Of a stretch of 64,000 bases of DNA, positions 27,783-37,114 are shown in pieces; the first letter of the stretch is position 1; the number at the start of each line of letters is the position of its first letter. The notes below the pieces were generated by a model. The model did not search any database. It worked only from the letters and a program-made list of their open reading frames with translations, and was not told where the DNA came from. The stretch is from the IMG/VR virus record IMGVR_UViG_3300001846_000239, positions 14,281 to 78,280 of that record. The stretch is one strand, 5' to 3'. The DNA is from a virus. A program made the translations under genes and the position numbers.

Positions 27783-28052
27783 ATGCCAAGTATAAATTTG
27801 AAAGCACAACCACGGAAGTTTCGTAAAGGTAAGAAAAACAACCGGCCTCCACAGGATATGCCGTTTGATGTTGCATTACGAAAGTTCAAAAAGGCTGTAG
27901 AAGCTGCAGGTATTCTACAAGATGTTCGTAGAAAAGAATATTATGAAAAACCAACAGCAAAACGTAAGCGCAAAAAAGCCGAAGCAATCGCGCGCCATAA
28001 GAGACAATTAAGAGCTCAAGAGCAAACACAGTTCGGCAGGAGAAAACGATAA
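27783..28052 (+). CDS. rpsU: Ribosomal protein bS21 with basic insertion
   Basis: [11 protein letters not shown]...[22 protein letters not shown]. Confidence 0.9.
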   Translation: MPSINLKAQPRKFRKGKKNNRPPQDMPFDVALRKFKKAVEAAGILQDVRRKEYYEKPTAKRKRKKAEAIARHKRQLRAQEQTQFGRRKR

Positions 28053-29107
28053 TGTCAGTAATGGACAAACTAAAAAAGAACTCTAAGATTAAAACCTCGG
28101 AGGTTCTTAAGGAATCCGTTTTCTTTAGTGATAAAGAAATGATTCCTACAGATGTACCAATGATCAATGTTGCATTATCAGGCGATCCCGATGGTGGATT
28201 AACACCTGGTTTGACAGTATTGGCTGGTCCATCTAAGCACTTCAAAACGTCATTCGCTTTATTGATGGCGAGTGCGTATATGAAAAAACATGATGATGCA
28301 GTATTACTATTTTATGATTCAGAATTTGGTTCACCACAATCATACTTTGAATCTTTTGATATCGATACTGGTAGAGTATTACACACTCCGATTACGGATG
28401 TGGAACAATTGAAATTTGATTTAGTTAATCAATTAGAAAATATTGAACGTAGTGATAAAGTAATTGTTGTTATCGATTCTATTGGTAACCTAGCTTCTAA
28501 GAAAGAACTAGAAGATGCATTGAATGAAAAATCAGTGGCTGATATGTCTCGAGCTAAAGCACTTAAAGGATTGTTTAGAATGGTAACTCCATATCTAGCA
28601 ATGAAAAATATTCCTTTGCTTGCAGTAAACCATACGTATCAAGAGATCGGTTTATTCCCTAAAGCTATCGTATCAGGTGGTACAGGGATTTATTATTCAG
28701 CAGATAATATCTGGATTCTTGGTCGTCAACAACAAAAACAAGGTACCGAAGTAAAAGGTTACAACTTTGTTATTAACGTAGAAAAATCAAGATTTGTAAA
28801 AGAGAAATCTAAAATCCCAATTAGTGTAACATGGGAAGGTGGTATCGAAACTTATTCGGGTCTACTTGATGTTGCATTGGCTGGTGGTTATGTACAAAAA
28901 CCAAGTAATGGTTGGTATTGTAGAGTTGATCAAGACACAAGAGAATTGATTGAACCCAAAGTTCGTGAAAAAGATACATTGACTGCTGCATTCTGGAATC
29001 CAATCTTTGAAGAAACTAATTTCAAAGAGTTCTTGATCGGTCATTATCAGATCGGACATAAACCATTGTTTGACGTAGAAATCGATTTGGAGCAAGAGGA
29101 TGGATAG
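28052..29107 (+). CDS. uvsX: RecA-like recombinase UvsX
   Basis: GPSKHFKT, YDSEFG, IDSIGN, SGGTGIYYSAD. Confidence 0.95.
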   Translation: MSVMDKLKKNSKIKTSEVLKESVFFSDKEMIPTDVPMINVALSGDPDGGLTPGLTVLAGPSKHFKTSFALLMASAYMKKHDDAVLLFYDSEFGSPQSYFESFDIDTGRVLHTPITDVEQLKFDLVNQLENIERSDKVIVVIDSIGNLASKKELEDALNEKSVADMSRAKALKGLFRMVTPYLAMKNIPLLAVNHTYQEIGLFPKAIVSGGTGIYYSADNIWILGRQQQKQGTEVKGYNFVINVEKSRFVKEKSKIPISVTWEGGIETYSGLLDVALAGGYVQKPSNGWYCRVDQDTRELIEPKVREKDTLTAAFWNPIFEETNFKEFLIGHYQIGHKPLFDVEIDLEQEDG

Positions 29108-29402
29108 TCATTTTATTGTACAAGAACATCCCGGTTCTGATTTTTACGCGATACATTTGACTGAAGATTCACCATATCCTGGGGTAAGATTTATTTATGG
29201 AACCGTTTCTATTAAAGAAGATCCCAACCTAGGATTTGCGACATTGTCATTTTCATATAATATCAATGATCCAGGTGAATATGAACATGATTTATTGAAA
29301 GACGACGAGGATTTTAACAATTACCTCGGAGAGTTATTAACCCATATTATTGAACAAGGAACAATAGAACGTGCAGAACGAGATACCGACACACGTACTT
29401 AG
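29100..29402 (+). CDS. Hypothetical protein at the T4 gp40 position
   Basis: Between uvsX and 41; identity to gp40 not verified. Confidence 0.5.
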   Translation: MDSHFIVQEHPGSDFYAIHLTEDSPYPGVRFIYGTVSIKEDPNLGFATLSFSYNINDPGEYEHDLLKDDEDFNNYLGELLTHIIEQGTIERAERDTDTRT

Positions 29403-30759
29403 TCATCTACTGAATAACGAAGAATACTGTAGACGCGTAATCCCATATATTCAAAAAGAATATTTTGAGGGTTCGCATAAAATAGTATTCGATCTTATTG
29501 TAGACTTTGTAGCTAAACATAATAAACTACCAACAGGTAGAGTATTAGATATTGAGCTACAAAAAGTATCTGCGCCAGAAGATGTTCTAAATCAGTCATC
29601 GATATTGATTAGTGAAATCAATAGTAAGACTGATCTAGATACTGACTATTTGATTAATGAAACTGAGAAATGGTGTAAAGATAGAGCTGTATATCTTGCT
29701 ATTATGGATTCTATCAACATTATTGACGGTAAAGATAAAGAAAGAACTGAGGGAGCAATTCCTGACATTCTATCTAATGCGTTAGGTGTATCTTTTGATC
29801 AAGCTATTGGTCATGACTATATTGATGATTCGGATAGTCGTTTTGATTTTTATACTAAAGTGGAAGAAAGACTACCATGGGATTTGGAATACTTTAATAA
29901 AATTACAAAAGGTGGCATCCCAAATAAAACACTCAATGTTTGTTTGGCAGGTACGGGTGTAGGTAAATCTTTGTTTATGTGTCACAATGCGGCATCTGTG
30001 TTACAACAAGGGAAAAATGTTCTTTACATCACTATGGAAATGGCTGAAGAGAGAATTGCTGAACGTATCGACGCTAATCTAATGGATTTGCCAATTCAGC
30101 AACTTGAGTCATTACCTAAAGATGTATTTTCTGAAAAGATTCAGAAGATTGCTAAAGGCACAATCGGTAAACTATTAATTAAAGAATATCCAACGGGTGC
30201 TGCGCATTCTGGTCACTTTAGAGCTTTACTAAATGAATTAAAATTGAAGAAGAAATTTAAGCCTGATATCATTTATGTAGATTATCTTAATATATGTTCG
30301 TCTTCTCGTATGAAGGCAATGGGTGGAAGTATAAATAGTTACACTTACGTAAAAGCAATCGCAGAAGAATTACGTGGTTTAGCAATTGAGTTTAATGTCC
30401 CAATCATGACAGCAACTCAAACAACAAGATCGGGTTATAGTAATACTGATGTTGGTTTGGAAGATACATCCGAATCCTTCGGTTTGCCTGCAACGGCTGA
30501 TTTGATGTTTGCTTTGATTGCTACAGAAGAACTAGATGAGTTAAATCAGGTAATGGTAAAACAATTAAAAAACCGTTACAACGATCCCACAAAATATAAA
30601 CGTTTTGTGATAGGAATAGATCGTGCAAGAATGAAGTTGTACGATGTTGAAGAGTCGGCTCAATCGGATATTATGTCTGATATGAGCATCCCCGATAAAC
30701 CAATTGCAACGTGGGGGGATAATGAAAAGAAAGACACGTTTGCAGATTTTCAAGTATAG
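29371..30759 (+). CDS. 41: Replicative helicase gp41
   Basis: AGTGVGKS, TMEMAEE, VDYLNI, TATQTTR, SESFGLPATAD, KQLKNRY. Confidence 0.96.
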   Translation: MQNEIPTHVLSHLLNNEEYCRRVIPYIQKEYFEGSHKIVFDLIVDFVAKHNKLPTGRVLDIELQKVSAPEDVLNQSSILISEINSKTDLDTDYLINETEKWCKDRAVYLAIMDSINIIDGKDKERTEGAIPDILSNALGVSFDQAIGHDYIDDSDSRFDFYTKVEERLPWDLEYFNKITKGGIPNKTLNVCLAGTGVGKSLFMCHNAASVLQQGKNVLYITMEMAEERIAERIDANLMDLPIQQLESLPKDVFSEKIQKIAKGTIGKLLIKEYPTGAAHSGHFRALLNELKLKKKFKPDIIYVDYLNICSSSRMKAMGGSINSYTYVKAIAEELRGLAIEFNVPIMTATQTTRSGYSNTDVGLEDTSESFGLPATADLMFALIATEELDELNQVMVKQLKNRYNDPTKYKRFVIGIDRARMKLYDVEESAQSDIMSDMSIPDKPIATWGDNEKKDTFADFQV

Positions 30760-30768
30760 GAGATGATT

Positions 30769-30933
30769 ATGTTAGATTGGATTAAAGCAAGAATCGCAGA
30801 AAGAACATCACTAGATGGACTTTCACTTATTGTAATTTGTGGTTCAGTAATCTTATTTGGCGGTATTGCCAAATTATTGGCTTGGGCTGGATTAGCCTGG
30901 GGTGTTTATACATTAGTAAAAGAAGAGGGCTAA
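30769..30933 (+). CDS. Small two-TM membrane protein (54 aa)
   Basis: Read by hand: MLDWIKARIAERTSLDGLSLIVICG...AWAGLAWGVYTLVKEEG; SD AGGAG. Confidence 0.65.
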   Translation: MLDWIKARIAERTSLDGLSLIVICGSVILFGGIAKLLAWAGLAWGVYTLVKEEG

Positions 30934-30940
30934 TAATACC

Positions 30941-31600
30941 ATGTTTAATGTGCGAGTTGTTTCACACAGTAAACCGGCAATCGGTGTGGAGTTAAAAGAT
31001 GATTTGTTACAAATGGTTGCGTATTGCGCAAGAGTATCAAATCCAGGAAATCAAAGCAACGAAGAAACTGCCGAAAAATTAGTCAAGTATTTGATTAAAC
31101 ATCAGCACTGGTCTCCACTAGAGATGGCCAGTGTCTGCATGGAAATCGAGACCACAAGGGATATTGCTAGACAAATTCTTAGACATCGATCTTTTTCGTT
31201 TCAAGAATTTAGTCAGCGATATGCCGATCCAACACAAGATCTAAGCTTTGTTACACGTGAAGCCAGATTACAAGACAATAAGAATAGACAAAACTCATTG
31301 TCAATCCCTATTGAAGATTCAATTCATCATATTTGGGAATCATACCAGGAAGTTATCATTGAGCGATGCAAACACGCTTATGAATGGGCTATCAATGCTG
31401 GTATTGCTAAAGAACAGGCTAGAGCAATTCTGCCTGAGGGACTAACAATGTCTCGTATGTACGTTAATGGAACATTGCGTTCTTGGATTCATTATATCCA
31501 ATTGAGAGCAGGTAATGGTACTCAGAAGGAACATCAGGAGATTGCTAAAGCTTGTGCAGAGGCAATTTATCAGATATTCCCGCTTGATGACGTTATATAA
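30941..31600 (+). CDS. thyX: Flavin-dependent thymidylate synthase
   Basis: HWSPLE, RHRSFSFQEFSQRY, AKEQAR.ILP, Q.EH. Confidence 0.93.
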   Translation: MFNVRVVSHSKPAIGVELKDDLLQMVAYCARVSNPGNQSNEETAEKLVKYLIKHQHWSPLEMASVCMEIETTRDIARQILRHRSFSFQEFSQRYADPTQDLSFVTREARLQDNKNRQNSLSIPIEDSIHHIWESYQEVIIERCKHAYEWAINAGIAKEQARAILPEGLTMSRMYVNGTLRSWIHYIQLRAGNGTQKEHQEIAKACAEAIYQIFPLDDVI

Positions 31601-31612
31601 AATACTTTACAT

Positions 31613-31686
31613 ATAACAAATATATCTAAAAAATGTATACTTTTTTTACAAAAACTGTTTACAACAGGTGAAAACTGTGGTATAAT
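31613..31686 (+). promoter_or_regulatory. Early promoter with upstream A-tract/T-tract stem-loop
   Basis: TTTACA 31658-63, 17 nt, TGTGG-TATAAT 31681-86; repeat of 5883-5934. Confidence 0.8.
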
Positions 31687-31716
31687 ATAACTATAAATTG
31701 ACGAGGTACTTATAAT

Positions 31717-31890
31717 ATGAAATATAGTTTAGAAGACGTAATTAAAGGAATAGTTAAGGTCGACCTGACCGAAGCGCAAGTCAGGAGTCTTGTAGGTGCT
31801 CCTTCTCAAGAAGAGTCGGAGACCTGCATGTGCGGAAAGAAACTAAACGAATGTGACGAGTCATACGAACACATGACTCATGGAGTATAA
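31717..31890 (+). CDS. Small hypothetical protein (57 aa, CxC..C..H..H)
   Basis: Read by hand; SD GAGG; first gene after the early promoter. Confidence 0.55.
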   Translation: MKYSLEDVIKGIVKVDLTEAQVRSLVGAPSQEESETCMCGKKLNECDESYEHMTHGV

Positions 31891-31892
31891 TT

Positions 31893-32195
31893 ATGAGATA
31901 TAGTGACAGTTACGTAATGACAGCTCACTGCGCTTCTGCAGGTGATATGTTAGAGGTTGAAACAATTAGAAAGACTGTATCGATCATCAATAAGCACAAT
32001 AAAGCAAAAGAGATGATGAGAAACAGGATTAATCCGATGAATCCCATAGATCTTCCTAGATATAGAGTAAAGCTACAAGGAAGAGGTCCTAGGACTTCAG
32101 CGGCACTTTCGGATGGAAAATATCCTAGAAAGTATGATCAATCTTTACCATTAAAACACGCAGAGAGAGTCGATGTCTATATTTACGAAATCTAA
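31893..32195 (+). CDS. Hypothetical protein
   Basis: RVKLQGRGPR motif; early cluster. Confidence 0.6.
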   Translation: MRYSDSYVMTAHCASAGDMLEVETIRKTVSIINKHNKAKEMMRNRINPMNPIDLPRYRVKLQGRGPRTSAALSDGKYPRKYDQSLPLKHAERVDVYIYEI

Positions 32196-32403
32196 GTTAA
32201 GAGCTTTTAAAGAAATTACGAAGTGGGAAGATAACACACCAAATCATACCTATATTCTAAATGAACAAGGTCATTGCGTTGGTTATCGGAAAACTAGTAC
32301 AAAGGAATATATCCAATTTAAAAATCCTATGAAACAATTTTCAAAATCTCGTAGGAAATTTATTGAACTCAAACCCGTTGAAAAATATATGGTGAATGCA
32401 TGA
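32173..32403 (+). CDS. Hypothetical protein
   Basis: EIT.W....PNHTY.L......FSKSRRKF. Confidence 0.6.
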   Translation: MSIFTKSKLRAFKEITKWEDNTPNHTYILNEQGHCVGYRKTSTKEYIQFKNPMKQFSKSRRKFIELKPVEKYMVNA

Positions 32404-32549
32404 ATTACAGCTTTAAAGTTTTCGCAATAAACCCTAAGGATAAAAGGTGCGTAGCTGAGTATATATTTGAACAATTGCAAGAAGCAATGAAGTTCGAACT
32501 TGGTATGCGCAAAAAAGGTTACGAAACTAGAATAGAGCGGTTCATTTAA
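32400..32549 (+). CDS. Small hypothetical protein (49 aa)
   Basis: Read by hand; ATGA overlap with upstream stop. Confidence 0.45.
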   Translation: MNYSFKVFAINPKDKRCVAEYIFEQLQEAMKFELGMRKKGYETRIERFI

Positions 32550-32550
32550 T

Positions 32551-32739
32551 ATGCATGAATTTATTATATTTACCGTCTGTTGTATCGGATCCGGAATTAT
32601 GTCGTATCGTATTGGACGTGAAGAAGGTGCCGCAAATACGGTTGATCTATTAGAGGATCTCGGAATAATTAATGTAGACGAAGATGGCGAAATAACGCCA
32701 AATAAGTTGTACGTGCCTAAATATCAAGTTAAAAAATAG
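32551..32739 (+). CDS. Small membrane-anchored hypothetical protein
   Basis: N-terminal hydrophobic stretch. Confidence 0.55.
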   Translation: MHEFIIFTVCCIGSGIMSYRIGREEGAANTVDLLEDLGIINVDEDGEITPNKLYVPKYQVKK

Positions 32740-32779
32740 TATAAATAGTATTGTACAAATTCTACTGGAGTGTTATAAT
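32740..32779 (+). promoter_or_regulatory. Tandem late promoter and early-type promoter
   Basis: TATAAATA 32740-47; TTGTACA 32751-57 and TGT-TATAAT 32774-79. Confidence 0.7.
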
Positions 32780-32785
32780 ACTACT

Positions 32786-34150
32786 ATGAAAAGTTTTTTA
32801 TCTTTTGAACCGTTAAACGAGGCGTCTAAGTTACAACCTAGTCAGCTAAAGAAACCGAATGCTGCAACTGGTGAAGCTCGGATCGATATCCTAGCAAGAC
32901 TTATTCGAGATGGAAAGCCTCTTGAATTAGCTAAAGGCGGAACCTTTACTGTAACTGAAGTTGAAGATGCCTTGGCGCAAATTGAAATCTTTAAAAAACT
33001 TGGTAAAGCATTTAATCTCCACGGAGACGGTAAAACAATTTCTACTTCCGAACTAGCCAAATCATCAGTATTTGGTGGCGGAAGTGGTGCAGGCGGTGGT
33101 ACATTAAATACAAAAATCACCGAATCACATCAGTGTGTTATATGTCAAGCAGTACTAGATCATGGTGTTCAGTCTAAGGAATACTTCGAAGATCCAAACG
33201 TGCTTAAAGATGCATATAAAAAAGTTGAAGTAGATGCATCCCTTGATGAAATTATGTCAGTTGATGAGACGTGGTTTCATTCGTCATATGAATCCGCTAT
33301 ATTACTTCTTAAAGAAGGTTATATTAACAAAAACCAAGTATTCCACAGAAATAGTAAACTGATGAATTTAGTCTATGCACAGAAAAATATCGCATATAAA
33401 AATTCTGATCAGAAACCTGTTAAAGATGATAAGTGGAATCCAGGTGATATATGGGCAATTGAAAAAGGATTTAATGTAAAAGATCTAAACATAGATTCTA
33501 TTGCCGGTTATAACAAATCATTATTACAAGCTTTCGTTGATAGAAAACTAGTTGGTATATCACTCAAGCTTGTGAAAAAGAAAGCAAAAGCTAAAGTATA
33601 TAATACACAAATTCCCCCCGATACAGATGATCATAAGTTAGAAAGAATCACATTCCAAGGCGATAAGCGTGGAACTTTCTGGTCAAATAAAACAGGAACA
33701 GTTTTCTTCGATTCTGGAAAAATGGATTTCAGAGCCGGAACGCTAGGCGGTGCAATCAAAGCAGAAATTATTCTGAAAACAGCACGCGGTGGTGGTGCAG
33801 GTTATGGTGTAATGCTAGATGCGGCTAAGCAAGTATTTAGAAAAACTATACCTACAAATAAAGCTATAAATAGAACAGCAAAAGATATTACTAAAAATAA
33901 TAAAAGAGCACTTAGTGTCTTTTGGAAGCTATATAGTCATTTTTATAAAAACGACACTTATGAAAACTTTGAGAAAGAAATCAGTAAGAAAGATGTCTAT
34001 TGGATCGGAGCCAAAATGCAAAGCTTGTATGTTTTGTATTATGTAGATACAAATACTGGCCCGAAAGCAAATAGATTTATTACTAAACTTGTTAATTACG
34101 CTGGATCTAAATTAGAAGATTCTAGTGTATATGTTAAGGTGTATGAATAA
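32786..34150 (+). CDS. Putative internal head protein with PD-(D/E)XK-like nuclease motifs
   Basis: Leader MKSFLSFEPLNEA; TESHQC, KWNPGDIW, GISLK. Confidence 0.5.
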   Translation: MKSFLSFEPLNEASKLQPSQLKKPNAATGEARIDILARLIRDGKPLELAKGGTFTVTEVEDALAQIEIFKKLGKAFNLHGDGKTISTSELAKSSVFGGGSGAGGGTLNTKITESHQCVICQAVLDHGVQSKEYFEDPNVLKDAYKKVEVDASLDEIMSVDETWFHSSYESAILLLKEGYINKNQVFHRNSKLMNLVYAQKNIAYKNSDQKPVKDDKWNPGDIWAIEKGFNVKDLNIDSIAGYNKSLLQAFVDRKLVGISLKLVKKKAKAKVYNTQIPPDTDDHKLERITFQGDKRGTFWSNKTGTVFFDSGKMDFRAGTLGGAIKAEIILKTARGGGAGYGVMLDAAKQVFRKTIPTNKAINRTAKDITKNNKRALSVFWKLYSHFYKNDTYENFEKEISKKDVYWIGAKMQSLYVLYYVDTNTGPKANRFITKLVNYAGSKLEDSSVYVKVYE

Positions 34151-35394
34151 TGAGATCATTTAAAAATTACGTACCGTTACAAGAAGCAGCAAAAAATACT
34201 CATATGACTCATATCGAGGATTTGATTCTTGACGGTGGTGTTAAGGGGGCGCGCCAAGCTATCATCGCACTCAGGTCGTTGCGAGATATGTTACAAGGTA
34301 ACGCAAAATCTGCAGTAGACGTTACAGTCAAGTGGGACGGTGCCCCCGCCGTATTTGCGGGTGAAGATCCAGAAACTGGAGAATTCTTCGTTGCGAAAAA
34401 AGGAATCTTTGCAAAGAATCCTAAGATTTATAAATCCCATGCTGATATTGATGCAGATACAAGTGGCGATCTAGCTAAAAAATTAAAGCTTGCATTTGAT
34501 AACCTAAAGGATTTAGGTATTAAAGGAGTTATTCAAGGTGATTTTATGTTCGACTCCTCAGATTTAAAAAAGGAGAAGATAAATGGAGTTACTCATATTG
34601 TGTTTCATCCTAACACTATTGCCTATGCAATACCTGTTGACAGTCCTCTTGCTAAGGAGATTAGATCAGCTAAGGTCGGAATTGTTTGGCATACTACATA
34701 CTCAGGAGCAACATTCGAAACGATGAGAGCTGAGTTTGGAAGAGAAATCGTTCCAAAATTAAGAAAATCTAAAAGCGTATGGATGCAAGATGCAACATTA
34801 CCCGATCTATCTGGTACTGCTACATTGACAAAAGCTGAAACTGACGAACTCAATAAGAACCTATCTAATGCTGGTAAAATGTTTAAGAAGATTGCAGCTA
34901 GCACATTGAAAGATATTGAATCGAATAAAGAGCTCAATATGATTATTAATATATACAATAATCGTAAGGTAAGAGAAGGTCAAAGAATCACGGATACAAA
35001 GAAACATGCAACCGGCCTTATTATGTTTGTGCAAGATCGTTATCAAAAAGAAATCGATAAAAGATCAAGTCAAGCTGGTAAAGATGTACAAATTGCAAAA
35101 AGAGACGAATTACTTAAGTTTTTTGATAAAAAGAATCTAAAAAACTTGCAAAATGTGTTCGATTTGCAAAATTTTGTTATTGATAGCAAATTAATTATTA
35201 TAAATAAACTAAACAAACTGAACAAAATTGGGACGTTTGTCAAAACTAAGTCCGGATTTAAGGTAACCAACCCAGAGGGTTTTGTTGCCATAGATCGTAT
35301 GGAAGGTGGAGCAGTTAAGCTTGTTGATAGATTAGAATTTTCTACTAACAACTTTAGCAAAGATATTATAAAAGGTTGGGACAATCCTAACTAA
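34150..35394 (+). CDS. Putative internal head protein, ligase-superfamily nucleotidyltransferase (DUF6267-like)
   Basis: Leader MRSFKNYVPLQEA; K61WDG, QGDFMF, E376GFVA, K390. Confidence 0.6.
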   Translation: MRSFKNYVPLQEAAKNTHMTHIEDLILDGGVKGARQAIIALRSLRDMLQGNAKSAVDVTVKWDGAPAVFAGEDPETGEFFVAKKGIFAKNPKIYKSHADIDADTSGDLAKKLKLAFDNLKDLGIKGVIQGDFMFDSSDLKKEKINGVTHIVFHPNTIAYAIPVDSPLAKEIRSAKVGIVWHTTYSGATFETMRAEFGREIVPKLRKSKSVWMQDATLPDLSGTATLTKAETDELNKNLSNAGKMFKKIAASTLKDIESNKELNMIINIYNNRKVREGQRITDTKKHATGLIMFVQDRYQKEIDKRSSQAGKDVQIAKRDELLKFFDKKNLKNLQNVFDLQNFVIDSKLIIINKLNKLNKIGTFVKTKSGFKVTNPEGFVAIDRMEGGAVKLVDRLEFSTNNFSKDIIKGWDNPN

Positions 35395-35411
35395 TGGGAA
35401 CCGAGGATCAG

Positions 35412-35795
35412 ATGAAATCTTTTAAAGAGCACAGCGCAGAACTATCTGAAGAAAGCGTAGACTTCTCTGAAGCTATGTCTTTGCAGCATAGAATGAAAAT
35501 GAAAGCTGCATTCAGAAAAAATAAAGCAAAGATTGCGCTAGGTAAAAAGAAAGCCGAACGTAAATTAGCGACTCCAGAAAAGCTTCAAAAACGAGCCGAG
35601 AGACACGCTCGTGATTTACTAGTTAAGAAAATCCTTAAGGATAAAGATAAGAGTGATCTATCTTATGCAGGCCGTGAAGGTATCGAAAAGAAATTAAAGA
35701 ATAAAAAAGCAGCAATCAAAAAGATTGCTAGAAAACTATTACCTCAAATTAAGAAGGCTGATAGAGCTAAATTAAAACAAAAAGGTGGTGAATAA
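35412..35795 (+). CDS. Lys/Ala-rich basic putative internal protein
   Basis: Leader MKSFKEHSAELSEE; SD GAGG. Confidence 0.6.
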   Translation: MKSFKEHSAELSEESVDFSEAMSLQHRMKMKAAFRKNKAKIALGKKKAERKLATPEKLQKRAERHARDLLVKKILKDKDKSDLSYAGREGIEKKLKNKKAAIKKIARKLLPQIKKADRAKLKQKGGE

Positions 35796-35799
35796 TATT

Positions 35800-37113
35800 A
35801 TGGAATTTAAGAGTTTTAGTGACTATTTGACGGAACAAAAGGGTGAAATTACTTTTGTATTTGGCCGATTTAATCCACCTACGACAGGACATGAAAAGCT
35901 TTTCGAGAAACTAAAGAAAGTTTCTGGAGGGTCATATCGAATATACGCGTCAAAATCGCAAGATCCAAAAAAGAACCCACTACCATTTAAAGTAAAAATT
36001 AAGTTTATGCGCAAAATGTTTCCTAAGCATGCGCGAAACATTATGGCTGATGCAGATGTAAGAACTGTATTGGATATTGCAGTAAAGCTTTATGATCAAG
36101 GGTTTACTAAAGTCCAAATGGTTGCTGGTAGTGATAGAGTAAAAGAATTTGATACACTATTAAACAAATATAATGGTGTAAAAGCAAGACACGGTTTCTA
36201 TAATTTTGAAGAAGGTGTTAAAGTTATTTCAGCTGGCGAAAGAGATCCAGACGCTGAAGGTGTTGCTGGTATGTCGGCCTCAAAATTGAGAGCCTTTGTT
36301 GCCGCAGGTGATCTACAAGGATTTGCTGATAATTCATTAGAAATTCCAGGTGATGGAATACAAACCTTATACTATGCCTTAAGAAAAGGCATGGGCCTCA
36401 AAAAAGAATCAACGAGAAAGCACATAGAATTACAACCAGTTTCTGAACATAGAGAAAAGTTTGTAGAAGGTTCTCTATTTAAAGCCGGTGATGAAGTTGT
36501 GTTAAAAGAAACAAATCAAGTTGGTATTATCGAAAGATGCGGAACAAACTTTCTTGTAGTTGAGTTCGGTCAATGGAAAAAGAGAGTCTGGTTAGATCAA
36601 GTCGAACTTGTAGAAAAGTGCGGTAGTGATCATAAGAAGCCGGCTAAAGAAGATAAAGAACCACAAAAGCGCAAAGCTGCATATCATAAAGATTTAAGTA
36701 AATCTACTCAAGATAAGCGTCAAGCTCATTTCAATAAGCAAGCAAAAAAAGATGACGATGATCCTAGTGCGTATAAACCTGCACCAGGTGATGCTCAAGC
36801 AAAAACAAAGCCATCTAAACATACTAAAAAATATCAACAAATGTTTGGTGAAGAAACTCTTTCACTGGCTGACTTTTTACTTGATGAAGGCCAGGCTGAT
36901 GCAGCATTAAAGAAAAAAGCTGAAAAGACTGGTATGCCATTAGGTATTCTAAGAAAGGTATTTGATAGAGGTGTTGCTGCATGGAGAACAGGTCATAGAC
37001 CTGGAACAAATTCAATTCAATGGGGATTAGCGAGAGTTAATTCTTTTGTTACTAAATCAAAAGGTACCTGGGGCGGGGCTGATAAAGACCTTGCTGCTAA
37101 AGTAAGGAGTTAA
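35800..37113 (+). CDS. HIGH-motif nucleotidyltransferase (phage cytidyltransferase-like) with C-terminal accessory domains
   Basis: Leader MEFKSFSDYLTEQ; FGRFNPPTTGH, VAGSDR, MSASK; C-terminal RG.AAW.TGHRPG...W..ARVNSF domain. Confidence 0.75.
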   Translation: MEFKSFSDYLTEQKGEITFVFGRFNPPTTGHEKLFEKLKKVSGGSYRIYASKSQDPKKNPLPFKVKIKFMRKMFPKHARNIMADADVRTVLDIAVKLYDQGFTKVQMVAGSDRVKEFDTLLNKYNGVKARHGFYNFEEGVKVISAGERDPDAEGVAGMSASKLRAFVAAGDLQGFADNSLEIPGDGIQTLYYALRKGMGLKKESTRKHIELQPVSEHREKFVEGSLFKAGDEVVLKETNQVGIIERCGTNFLVVEFGQWKKRVWLDQVELVEKCGSDHKKPAKEDKEPQKRKAAYHKDLSKSTQDKRQAHFNKQAKKDDDDPSAYKPAPGDAQAKTKPSKHTKKYQQMFGEETLSLADFLLDEGQADAALKKKAEKTGMPLGILRKVFDRGVAAWRTGHRPGTNSIQWGLARVNSFVTKSKGTWGGADKDLAAKVRS

Positions 37114-37114
37114 A

